Assembly: GCA_965644315.1 (NCBI GenBank)
Contig: CBFFRQ010000062.1
Span: 186,001-250,000, forward strand
Origin: Caecitellus pseudoparvulus
Taxonomy: Eukaryota; Protista; Bigyra: Bicosoecida
Reading direction: 5' to 3'
Length of the DNA: 64,000 nt
Shown here: positions 24,701 to 36,665 of the stretch, one piece after another
Numbering within the stretch: position 1 is the first letter of the stretch
How the letters are laid out: each line of letters starts with the position of its first letter
Notes under the pieces: generated by a model
The model's database searches: none
What the model was told of the DNA's origin: nothing
Seen by the model: the letters and a program-made list of their open reading frames with translations, nothing else
Program-made: the position numbers and the translations under genes

Positions 24701-27700
24701 ATTTGGACAGACACCAGGTCGTTGGCGATGGGGTCAGTCGTGTCAACACCATCACGGAACCAGTCCTCGCCAGACACGCGCACGGTGTCACCTGCAGAGC
24801 CACGGCCGGGGGTGACAGACGTCACGCCGGGCTCTGCGATGACATGCAGGACGCCAGCGGGCACATTTGTCTGCCCGTTCACCTCCACCTCCACGGGGGC
24901 AGCCCTGCCGCTGCTGGTCATAGCGCTGCCATCAACGCCGCGGCACTCAACAGCAGTCTGGTTGACCCATGCGTAGGACAGGCACGAGGCACCTGCCAGA
25001 GACACGGCAGTGACGTTCTCCTGAGACAGGCCAAAGTTCAAGCCCACGATAGTGAAGGTGCGGGTGTCAACGAAGGTTCCCTTGAGCACAGTGCTGGGCT
25101 GGACGGCACCAACCTCTGGCTTGACGTAGGCGAACACGTTCAGCGCATTAGGGTCTGGGGCCCCGACAGAGCACTGGCCGAACAGGCACACCTTCACGAC
25201 TTGGGAGGCACCCACCCCAGCTGGGGCTGTGATGCGCAGGAACGTATCCGATAGCCAGTCCAGCACCCACACCGAATGCCCCGCAATGGTGATGGCTAGC
25301 GCGTCGGAGTCGACTGCGATGGGCGTCTCCCATGGGTTCGTGTCACGGCGAATGTACGGGTCGAAGTCGCGGTTGGCCACAGTGGCATTGTCATACGTGC
25401 GCAGCCCAAAGTTGACTCCTCGCACAGTGAGGACTGATCCGCCTGTGATGGGGCCCGGGGTCACGGGAATGACGACGTACACCTCGGGGTTATCGTACTT
25501 GAACACTCGGTTGGGGTTTGGCCGTGGGGCGACGTCCACATCGTAGTCCACGTCCCGCTGGCCATCCACGACCATGGACACGGTCCAGTTGAAGCCAGCG
25601 CCAGGGGGCAGGACACAGTCCACCACAGACACAGCTGAGTGGATCTTGGCGTTGAAGTTGGACGGCAGCGCATCCAGCACAGACGTCACGCCATTCTGAG
25701 TCACCTTAACCCTGAACTTGGGGCCCCCTTCACACACCTGCGGCTTGAAGGCGGGGTGCTTCAGAACCACCGTGTCTTCCCGCATGCTCAGCTGTGCCAC
25801 GGTGGTGGGGGTGATGACACCGGCTCTGGGGCGACTGAAGCGGTCCCGCCGGGTCGGGACGTATCCACAGCGCGGGTTCGCCTCACTGAATGCAATGGGC
25901 CCGAGGTTGCTGGCTTCGATGCGGATGAGCCCTCCGCCAACGGTTGGCATGAGGTCGGAGATGTTGCTCACCTTGAACACCTTTGGCGGGTTGTAGTCGA
26001 ACACATACGATGGACGCAGGTTGCGGCTTTGAAGCGTCGCAGGGTTGGCACTGTTGGAGTCGAAAGGCACAAACAAGTCAGCATTGGTGACAAACTCTGT
26101 GCCGGTCGTGTCCCGTTGCCCAGCGATCTCAACCCGGGGGATCCAGCCGTAGCCAACGCCAGCCGGCGCCTGAATGCGCATCGTCGTGTCATTCAGCAGC
26201 GTCACGGAAGTGGGCAGGACAGTGATCTTGGTGCAGCGGGGGTGATCAGGGCGTTCAAATGTGACAAGTGTCTTGCCTGCCGCTCGGGCGGGCGAGGAGA
26301 AACCCTTGCCGTAAATGGTGATTGGGAAGTCACCAGTGGTGGGTCCCGACTGCACGTCCAGGGAATAGATCTGAGGCGCTTCGTACGAAAGCAAGCCGAA
26401 CTCGCCAGCCTTCCCATTGGCCAGGGTGACTGTGGTAGTCACGTTGGCGCCGACACCAGCAGGGACGATAACACTGGCAACAAACTGCGGGTACACAAGC
26501 ACACCCACTTCCGTCACATTTGCCTCGACGCCTGCAACACTGATGTTCACCATAAGAGGCAGGGAGAGGGCACCGTCCAGCTCCAAGTCACGCGTGGAGA
26601 CACTGAAGAATACGAACACTTCTGTTCCGCCCGCTGGGTCAGCGAGCCGAGGCACAATGTCCTCAACCACGACGGGCTCGGCCAGAGGCAGGAAGTACGA
26701 GATGGTGTTCTGCTTCCACTTCTCCCTCACCAGCTGTGCGTTGCGAGGGCGCTCCGAGATGGCCAGCAAACCACCGTTGCCGGCGACCACATGAACGCGC
26801 TGCCCCCAGCCGATGAAGCCGAACTCCGACGTGGGCTCCCACGCAGGCACCATGGGCAGGGTGCTCAAGTCACCTCGAACGGGAAGCTTGAACGTCTCGA
26901 AAGCCGTAAAGAGGCGCCCAGCGGTTGCGACCATGGACGTGCGGGGCGTGAGGGAAGCACCACCCAGCCCTTCTGACACTTCGTTGAAGCTCGTGAAGGG
27001 AATGGCGTTTCCAATGCGCTCATCCTCCGGTTTCATGTTCAGCACACGCCACTCTGACTCCAAGTCCAGCGCATACATGGCCTGCACAGCGGCAGTCGCG
27101 TCACCCATGGCGTAGGCGGGGCCAGCGGGTCGCGACAAGTCCAGGCGGACACCCCCCGTAGCGTACAGCATGCCTGTGGTGGTGGCCACAGCCGGGCGCA
27201 CCAAAGGCACCTTCAGTCGTGAGGCGAGCTGCTGGATACTGAGTTCCTCCAAGTCGATGACATCCACGCTCGAGTAAGGGCGGTCCAGGTCGTCCAGACA
27301 AGGGAACTCTGGCAGCGCTTCTTGCTCTGTGTTTGTCGTGGAGAACAGCCCTGGCACCTGCTTCGCGCTGGAACTGGTGAACAGCTTCTTCAGGGGGAAC
27401 TCATACGTTGCAGAGTCGTCGGTGGGCGCAGGCTCCCACTCAGTGGCGGTGGGGGTGGTCTTCTTCCACGGCGCAAAGAACAGCTCGGAGTACCCACCAG
27501 CGTCTGAGAAGTCGTTGAAATCATCGCTGGTGAAGAACGAAGCGGAGCGGAACGTCTCTCCCAAGCCTGCCTCCTTCTGGAACAGTTGCCGCGCAGCGGC
27601 AGTCATGGGCGACAGCCGCTGCTTGGGCTCAGCCTTGGCACCGGAACCTCGAAGCATGCGCTGCATGCCTCCGCCCGAACCGCCAGCGGGGCCAGCGGGG

Positions 27701-30700
27701 CAGTATGCCTCTCCAACACGGTCAAGGCACGTTTGCGTGAATGCACCAGTGCCCCCCAGGTCTGAGCATGAATCAAAGTTGCACTCAGGGGTCATGCACA
27801 ACGGGTCGACGAAGGTGTCAAACTCGTAGCCAGAGCAGCACCCAGGAGAGCACTCCTCCACCTCTGAACCTGGAGGCGCAAACTCTGAACAATTGAATGG
27901 AGCACAGAAGCCGTCGAACGGGTTGCTGCCACCACCGCCGCCGCCGCCGCCACCGCCGCCTGGAATGGGAGGTGGACTAGGCGCTGGTCCATACGAGTAG
28001 TACGAGGACGAAAGGAAGTTTGTTCCATTGGGGAACTCAAACGTGAGACCCTGCTCTTCCATAAATGAATACCAGCCTTGCCCCAGCACCTGCTGCTTTG
28101 CCGTGGGGCTAAAAATCTCTCCGTAGTTGAACTGGTAGGTGTGCACATCTGACACGTTGGCATTGTATGCCTCCAGGGGAGTCTCCGGCAGCGGCATCCT
28201 AGCAGACATGATGTCGGAGAAACGAGGGTGATCCATCAGGAGGTCGCCCATGGCAGGGTCCAGGGGGCACTGCTTCCTGCCTCCGACCAGGAACACCTTT
28301 GAGCCCAGCATCGCGCCACCCATGCGATCGCGGCCGAAGGGAAGCTCGAGAGGTTGTGTTACCCATGAGCCGCCGGGGACGAGCTTCTCAATCGTGCGGA
28401 CAAATGTTGACTCGGTGCGAATGATCTCCACGCGATCGGGTGACCCAAACATTGTGGAACCGGGTGGGTACAGGGGGAAGACTCCGTTGTCGTCATAGAG
28501 GCGGGATCGATTTGTGCGGGTGGCAACGTGCCGGACACCGCCGATAGCGTACAGTGCCGTGTCATCTGATACAAGCACAAAGTCCTCTCGTGCCTCGTTC
28601 AGGTCGGGACCGGAATGCCATGTCTCCGTGGAGATTTCGTAGTAGAAAGTTGACGCCAGGGAGTTGCCAGCGTATGGCAGCGGGCGGTCCGGCAGCCGGA
28701 AGAAGGATGCCTCGAACCTGACCTGGTCGGCCATGCGCAGGTAACGCCCAGCGATGTCGGCGTCAGCAGCTTCTTCGTTGCCCCCCACAAACCACAGCTG
28801 GTCTCCGATGAGTGCCGTCTGGTACCTTGACCGCCCTGTGTGTTCGATGGTCGCACTCGACGCTTCAGCTGGCGTCAAGTCATCCAGCTCAGCCCAGCTA
28901 TCACCCTTGCGAATTGGGCGCCAACGGTCCACGCGAGCAGACACCTGTACCGCCTCGTTGGGAAAAAACAGCTGGCGCTTGCCCTCCCGCGCGAGCAGGG
29001 CCAGCGGGTGAGACACTGCAGCAGCGAGGGTGTTAAAGTCGTTTCCTGTCAGGAGGCCAGTGGGTGGGGCCAAGGACCCGACAAATGGAGTTGTGACCGC
29101 GTCGTTGCGGGTGGCGCCGACAGCCGCACCCCACGGGTACACAAAGTCGGCAGTGACGGGAATTCGGTTGTAGCCGTCATATTGCGAAAGCTCAGCGCTC
29201 GTCGTGAGGGTGAACTGCAGCTCACGCCCGGCTTCGGCCTCTTTTCGCGCCGCCTCAGCAAATGCAGCATCGGCCCAAGTCTGGCGCTTGTCTGCCCAGC
29301 GCGCGTCACTGCCAGCCTCGCCAAGAAGACGCCTTTGAGAGTAGAGGGGGTCACAAGTCATACTTGAGGGGTCCCCCAGGGCACAGTCGCCGCCATCATC
29401 GTTTGAGCATGCCAGGATAAAGCAGCAGTAGTCGCAAATGCCATCACCGACCCAATGCGGTGGGCACCCGTCTCCGCTGCACTGGTCGCCAGATCCGTAG
29501 GTAGTTGTTGAGGACGCGATGCCGCTTTCCACTGCGGCGGCTGCAAAGTCTGTCGTGGGCGTGGCGCCAACGTTGACAAACATGATGTCCCCCTCGCCAT
29601 TCGCAGCCATGCCCAGCACAAAAGCGCCTGGGATGGTCAGGCCGTCAACTGTGAAGTGGGCCGTCATGCTCTGATCCGGGCCACCGCTGAGAAGTTGGTC
29701 CTCCTGGAACACGGCAGACACGTAGCTGTGGGACGTGAACACGGGGCCAGAAGAGTTGTCCTGCACAAAGTCCCACACGAGCAGGCGAGTGCGAGCAGGG
29801 TCGCCGGCTGGGCTGGTTGGGGCATCAATGCGGATGGCGGTGGGGTCCAGCTCGTTGTAGTTGGTTGCGAACTGGCGGGTGATGGAGAAGGTGTTTGCAC
29901 CCGCGAGGAGGTACGTCTGAGCTTGCAGGGAAGATTGGTCGCATGTATACAGAGGGCTGGTGGTGAAGTTGGCCACGAGGGGCATGGCCATGATGTACCG
30001 TGAAAAGCCGACAGAGCCAATGCCCGCTGGTCCCACGTGTATGGGCCACGTGTGGTTCACGGGAATAAGGGCCAGTGAGGGTCGGAAAGAAGCCTGAGCC
30101 TCCTGGGGGATGATGAAGGGGGCAATGTCCTCAAACACTGGGCCCATGTCGGACAGTGGCAGCGCAAGGTCCTTCTGGATCGCACGTGCGTCCGCGTAGG
30201 TGAGCAGGGTGCAGTTGGACGGGTCACCCATCTCAGTGACCAGCTCAACTGCCTGGACTTGAGGCATGGTCCTGTCCAGTGCCATGCGCCGAATGAGGCC
30301 GCAGAGGGGGTCCAGGAAGATGAGGTCCATGTTGGGAGCCCACGCCATGGAGTAGCCGACGAAGGGAGTCACGGTGACGACGTAAGGTGACGCAGCAGTG
30401 CCATCAGCAGGGGAGAACGGGGCAAAGTCGATCGGATCCAGACCGTAGTTGATGTTCACAGGTTCGTATGGCTGGTAGTCTTCTTGGTCTGGGTCGTCGA
30501 TGGACAACGTGCGCATTTGGCCTGCTGTCACTTGGCGGCTCCAGGGCTCGCCCGTCACCTTCAGCTCCAGCATGCGAAGGAATGGCCCATCGAAGAAGAA
30601 GAGGGCGTTCAAGGTGGGGTCATGGATCAGGGCAGTGGGCGTGCTGAACAGCTTTGCCGTTGAGGGCCCGCCGTTGGCCTCGCGGAAGTTGAAGGTGGAA

Positions 30701-31726
30701 ATGTTGCAGGCGGGAATGCCGGAATCAGCAGGCATCTCCACCACCTTGACCTCGCAAGCAACGTGGGTGTTGCTGGCACGCCCCTGGGATGAGAAGAGGG
30801 TGCTGACTGTCCACAGCCCGCCCGCTTGCTTGAAGAGGCGGCGGATAGACCCGGTGCCCTGCGAGCGTGGCATGGTGGCGAGCAGCGTGCAAGAAAAGTC
30901 GTGAGCCGGCATCGCGGAACAGGTAACTGCCGCTTGCGCCACGCACCCGCTCGGTGAAATACACGTCCAAAGATGCGTTTCGAATGGGGCGCGTGTCAGC
31001 TGCAAGACCCAGAACGTCTCCGATGGGGGCATTGCGGGCATCGCCCGTTGTCTGGGGAAAAGCATTCGACCGCGTCGTCTCGCCGTTGCCGGCGATGTGG
31101 GTGACGGGGTAGCGCTCCGATACGGCATCACTAAGCTTGCCCAGAATCTGTGGGCGAGTGGGAGGGTGGGTGCAGAATTGCTGACCGCAGGATTCATCGG
31201 GCAGGCCTCTGGTTTGGTGGTGCAAGCGTGAGAGTGCGCGGGGAGAGCCGCTCACCTTCATGCGGTGGTTGGCAGCGTCCACAACCAGGTTGGTGCCATC
31301 CTGCAACTCCACGATGTGGTTTCCGATAGAGTTGAACTGGAACTGGTCCTCGGCACTTCCCAGTGCATTTGCTGTGGGTCGAAGTGGCACGGGTGGTGGC
31401 GGAACGAGTGGGCAGGAGCGGCAAACTCGGCTCGTCGTCACGCCCGCACAGCAAGGCACGACGGAGGGCGGTAGCACGTACACCCGATAACAGAACCACC
31501 AGACCAGTACTCTGTGGCGATCGCAAGGAAAGGTGGCGGTGATCATGCGCGACTAATGACAAGTGCGTGGGCGAGGCAGGGCGGCAACGCCCAGGCTAGC
31601 CGAGGGAGCGGCACACTCACCGTTCAGCTCCTTCTCCGCAGGATCAGGGCCAGTCACTTCACATTGGGCAAGTGCCGTACGTGTTGCGGCTGCTGCAGCC
31701 AGCACGACCACAAGTGCCGATCGCAT
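21754..31726 (-). CDS. Giant (~3,200 aa) receptor-like membrane protein: signal peptide, NHL-like, LNR, Kelch, IPT/TIG repeats, FN3-like, Cys-rich, multi-pass TM C-terminus; probable introns 31512-31620, 31372-31481, 31148-31255, 30859-30946
   Basis: MRSALVVVLAAAAATRTALAQ signal peptide; CPPHWVGDGICDYCCFILACSNDDGGDC (LNR); LWFVGG, LYAIGG, VFLVGG, LYATGG (Kelch); repeated P-x-V...GG...T(I/V)xGxNFG (IPT); CPTGALC, CAEGYTGTLCNRCEVGY; TM region with YGFLYSSFNAERYYWEEVIMLRK. Confidence 0.85.
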
Positions 31727-32353
31727 GGCGCTCTGCAAAAAGTTCGCTGACAGCGACAGCCACCAAACGGCGACAACGCTGGCTGCACGCTCAAGGCGGG
31801 CAGCAAGGGTTAGAGAATCGGCGCAGCTGAGTGTACAGCTATCGCCAAAGATGTGGGTGGAAAATGAATGTTGTGAGTGCTGATCCTTTGCAAATGCACC
31901 CTGCCACTGCAACGCCAACCGACTTCCGCAAGGCGGCACTTCACTTACCAGTACCACCTCCCCTGCGACGACCCTCGGGCGAAGCCACTGTGAGGCGAAT
32001 GGCTAGCAAACCAGAACTTGCGATGTTCCCCCCAAGCCTGCAAGTTGGCGCTGGGGCGCGCTGCTTGGGCACCTGTGAGAACCACAAGCTCGACAAGTGG
32101 TTGAGACGCCGGCCGCTGTTCTGTGCCAGCCGCGCATTGCAGACGGCGCCCAGCGCCCAGTAAATGCAAGAAAAGCAAGCCAGAGTCCATATTCTTGCTA
32201 TATCGGGGTGGGGCTTCAGCTGCGACCAAGCAAGGGGCTTGGGCCATCAGTTAGACACAGAAAACAGCGAGCCGGCGTCGCGTTGCGACACCCCCCCTCC
32301 GAGGCACGGGACACCCCCCCTGCTTAGGCAGACCGCACAGCGGAGATGGCGTC

Positions 32354-33881
32354 TCAGCGCACGACGCTGCAGAAGTTGGGGTGGGCAGTCAGGTGTTCGT
32401 TCATGAAGGTGGCTCCATAGTACAGCACCCCCGCTGCCACTGCCACGCAGAGGTGGAAGAGCTGGTGTGAGGCGAGGAGGAGATCGTAACGACCCGGCGC
32501 CCACGCCTCGGGCCACTTGCTGGCGTAACACGTGACGCCGACGAGGTAAATGGCGGCATGCAGCCCCAGGAGCTTGTACATGGCCCAGAAGGCGGGCGTC
32601 TCGGTCATTTCTGGCAGGGCCAGCACGTGCAGGATGGGGATGAGGCCGAAGGAGGCCGCCAGCACATAGCTGCCAGCGCGGACCAGGTCGTATGCTGCCG
32701 TTGCAAAGACGTCCAACTGCGCCATGACGGCCACCGCGGCACAGGAGAGCGCTGAGCCGGCGGCATACAGCCAGAACCAACCTGGGCGGCAGTAGAAGAA
32801 AAAGTACAGGGCCGCGAAGGTGCTGCCACAGATGAGCACAGAGATGCCAGCGTAGTCCAGCTTCTGCAGCGCGGAGCTGGTGGGGCGGCTTACCACGAAG
32901 AGCAAGTGGTACACGGCACTCGTGCCCATGGTGAGGGCTGCACAGGCACAGATGACCAGCATGGCCCCGCCATGGGGGTGGCGCTCCAGCTGTGCGGCCA
33001 GATCGAGGGCCAAGTGTGGCGTGCCGGTCGCCTCGACCAGCGCATTCCACTGCCGCACCACGCCTTCTGCCGCGCCAGTCGTGCGCGCAAGTACTGCTGC
33101 GTGGGCCTGTGCCGCCCCCGTCTCCAGGTCCGTCTGCAGGGCACGGATGAGCCCCCCTGCTTCTTCACGCAGCTGGCGCAGCTGCTGTTGGGACAGCATG
33201 ACGTGGCCGCCGTGCTTGCCTGCGGCCTGCAGCGTTTGCCGAAATGCAGTGAAGCTGCTCTGCACGCCGGCCACCACCTGGCGAACGCTTTCATCTGCCG
33301 GCGTGCTCGCTAGGCTGGAGAGGCTGCGCAGGAGCTTCGCCTCGCCCTGCACGATGTTGCGGGCCAGGCCTTCCAGCCAGGGCAGAGCCGAGACGAAGGG
33401 CGCGTCGGCTGGCCCGGTGTCCAGGCGGCCACTGCAGAGGGGCTGCGGCAAGGCGCCCCACATGGCCCCCACGAGGTCCTTGCTGTGCACGCCGTTGTTG
33501 ATGAGGGGGGGGCTGCTGTCGAGGCCCATGGCCCATGCCGTGCCGTTCAGGTGGTGGGCCAGCGTTGCAGGGTGCGGAGCGCCCATCTCCACGCTGAGGG
33601 AGGCAAGGTTCCACGCAAAGAGCAGCGCGCCGACCAGGTGGATCCACACATTGACAGTCTCATTATGCAGGGAAAACAAGCTGCAGCAAGCCTGGCGGTA
33701 GCTCATCAGGGGGCGGTAGCCTGCGCGCGACGCAGGGATGCAAGGGTGCGGAAATTGAACCCTGAGCCAGCAAAGGGAACCTTGCCGCACCTCCCGTGAT
33801 GTAGTCATTGTGCACGATCCACGACGTGTGTTCCGAGTTCTTCAGCTCACTTGCTGTTGCGAGAGGAGGTGTGGAAGACAT
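32354..33881 (-). CDS. PAQR / adiponectin receptor / haemolysin-III family membrane protein; intron 33721-33790
   Basis: NDYITGGYRP, SLFSLHNETVNVWIH, SAVYHL, KLDYAGIS, PEAWAPGRYDLLLASHQLFH. Confidence 0.92.
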
Positions 33882-34258
33882 AGTCGCACGCGGCAATGAT
33901 GCATGCGGAGATGAGCCGCGCCCGCTCGCTCCGCGTGCAGCGCGACAGTTGGCGCCTCAATAGCGCAAGGGAAAGTAAGATTTGCAGTAGAACGGGAAGC
34001 CGGAGAGTGAGGGTTTCATGTAATGTGGTGTTGGGCTTCAGTTTTGCATTTCCAGTCTTTGTGCTCGTTGATGTACGCTGTTTGCTCGGGAAGTCGCCTG
34101 AAGTTCTTCCGCAGGAACCGGTTCACACCCTTCGCCACACCCGGCCGATCAATATCCAACAAACATGTCAGGCAAGCACAGCATGCTCCCACCACTCCTT
34201 GTTGCACAGCCTGCAGGCAGCCCAGTTTCCGCCGCAGCCACCCTGTGCTCGATCGACA

Positions 34259-35798
34259 ATGCACCAGGGTGCTGCGAGCCCGGGGGCGACCACTCGAAGG
34301 CATCGGTGGCGGGGAGGGCTGCTGGCTCAGCATGCTTCAATTAAGGATGTCCTGTACAGCCAGTCACATGCAGATCCCCCGGTGCAGCTGCGCTTGGGCC
34401 ACATCCCTGAGGATGTCATGGGTGAGCACACGAAACGCCTGCGAAACTTCCAGGCCATGTCCAACGCTGCCTCTGTCCGTGACGCAGCTCAACTGCGCGG
34501 TGTTGGGGCAGGCGAGTACTTGTCGGATCGCGCAGAATCCCTGCGCGTCGCTGTGGCCACTCGTGATGCGACGTCTTTCCTTGTGGAGCTCTCCGCTGCG
34601 CTGTGGGTGGACTGGCAGCCTGCTGTCTCCCCCTGCGTCCGCGCACTCGCTGTCGCGCCGCACCACTGCACAGAGCAAGGCCCTGTGCGACAGCGCTGCC
34701 CCAAACCAACGAGGAGCTGGAGGGTGAACTCGCGAGCCTTGCAGCGTGAGTCCTCACCTGGCGCGGTGCGTGTGCGACGTTGCGTCACACAATTGTCCTC
34801 CCCCACCGTCCACAGAGCTACACAGGCGCTGCAGGCCGAAAATGATCAGCTCGAACAACTAGTGCGCAGTTTAGAAGCATGTGCAGCTGAGAAAGGTGGG
34901 GGGGCAGACGCGGCCACCTTGGCCGGCCCGTCTGGCTCTGCTTTCAAATTCCCTCATCGCGCCGGCGTGCAACTGCTGCATGCCAAAAACCTCTGGCCAG
35001 CTCCTTCCGGGCACACTCAGCCACTAGCAGCGATCGAGCCACCCAACTTGTCCAGCCCAGACTGGGGCGAGGCTGTGCAGCGTGAGAATGCGCAGCGTGC
35101 GGACGCAGTCAGCGCAGGCAGAGTGCGGCAGCTGCAGCTGGAAACGCGGTCGCTGTGGCACGCACTGCGCTGGCGCAGCCACCGCTTCCGCCTCCTACGC
35201 CGCATGTCGGTGTATTCAGAGGCGTTCAGGGTGCAGTTTCTGCCGTCAGGTGGGGCGGTGGTGAACGGGTGCCTCCTGGCCTACCTGCCTGGCAGGCCTG
35301 CTGACCAGTGGCAAAGCGTCAACGCAGCACTGGGCTACTTGGCCATGCTGCTGACCATCCTGGCAAACCGCCTGGAAGTGACGTTTTCCAGCCACATGGT
35401 CGTGCCCATGGGCTCCTTCTCCAAAATCTCAGGCACCAGCAGCCAAAGCCGGGAACTGAAGCTGTGCGTTGTGGCACTTCTGCCGCCTTTGCCGACACAC
35501 AGCACACGCCGCCGCCGCCGCCCTGCGCAGGTACCACGAGCCGAGCATCATGCAGTGGGGCACTGGCAAGTTGAATGCTGCATTGGGCGTGCTGGTGCAG
35601 TGCCTGGGCTCCCTCATCGACCACGCGCAGGAGAAGGACCCCGCCATCCACGTGCCGTTTGAAGTGGAGCCAGGCAGCGTGGGGGGCATCCCCATCACCT
35701 TCAAGAAAGGCCACGAGGAACGCTGGGCACGGGCCATGGCCTGCCTCGTCATGGACCTAAAGTGGCTCATGCTGCTCGTCCTGCGCCCCATGCGGTGA
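34259..35798 (+). CDS. ATG6: Beclin-1/Vps30 autophagy protein; start uncertain; introns 34603-34673, 34746-34815 and one near 35465-35530
   Basis: Coiled coil followed by BARA domain: VNGCLLAYLP, WQSVNAALG, VVPMGSFSKI, EERWARAMACLVMDLKWL. Confidence 0.85.
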
Positions 35799-35818
35799 GG
35801 GTGGCTTGCCGAGCACGC

Positions 35819-36316
35819 TCACCGGGCCTCGGCTGCTGCTGCCGTCACGTCTGCCATCAATGCATCGGCGCTCGTCCCCGTCAGCACTTCGCTCGAGTCT
35901 CCTTCTGTTGGTGGGTGTGTGGGCATGGGTCAGTCGCGCAGCGTGGCGAAAGGCAGGCCGCAAGCTCACGCACTGTGCACTGTCACTCCAGCCGCTGCCT
36001 CGCTGGACACAGACACGGCGATTTTGAGTCCTGGGTTGCTTGCCTTCAACAAGGGAAGGTGGGCTGCAGCGAACTTCCTGCTCGGCACGCAATGTGTGAC
36101 CAGTGCCGAACCCTGCAGCGTGGATGTGGCTGCACGCTGCACGAACCTGGCTGCGGAATTGGCTGCTCCCGTGCCCCTCGAGTGCACGACAGTCAGCCCT
36201 GTGACGCCCTCGGGCAGGACAGCTGAGCCATCCAGCGCGCTGAAGCGACCTTTCACGGGAAGGAAGGGAAGTCGTCGGCGGTTCGCCACCTTGCGAACAT
36301 GGCGCGGGAGCGGCAT
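35819..36316 (-). CDS. Small L51/S25/CI-B8-domain protein (mitoribosomal or complex I B8-like); introns 36078-36146 and ~35905-35973
   Basis: Spliced protein reads MPLPRHVRKVANRRR...LTVVHSRGTGAANSAARKFAAAHLPLLKASNPGLKIAV, matching the family pattern (S-x-x-AR-x-F...L...NP). Confidence 0.65.
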
Positions 36317-36665
36317 GGCGAGCGTGGCCGTGCGGAAATCGTTCGACTTCACAAGCCAAAACTGTGGCTCGCTTGAGTCAGACAAGCAGGGCTGGGCCTA
36401 GAGTGCGCGAGGGAGACGAGTTCGATCGAATTTGAAGAGCTGCTTCTGTCATCTACGTGCATTGGCACTGCGTGTGAGCTGCCACGCCCACCTCGCCTGC
36501 GCGGGCAAGCCATCGTGGCAGCCTTTTTGCATGCACTGCTGCACGCACCCCCTCATTCACGCAACTCTGGCACTAACCTGTACAGCACACTCTACATCAC
36601 TCATGACGTGCATTGTCCACGTGGCGTGTCGCCGCGCTGCATCACAGGTGGCCGCCTTGCGCAGC

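Noticed and set aside
22771-25254. Long antisense and alternative-frame ORFs (e.g. 827 aa at 22771, 856 aa at 52981, 635 aa at 61927)
   Set aside because: Shadow ORFs expected from high GC and strong codon bias opposite real genes; no recognisable domains.
34172-34237. Possible GC-AG intron upstream of ATG6
   Set aside because: The CAG|GCAAG donor is plausible, but the upstream exon and start cannot be supported without transcripts.
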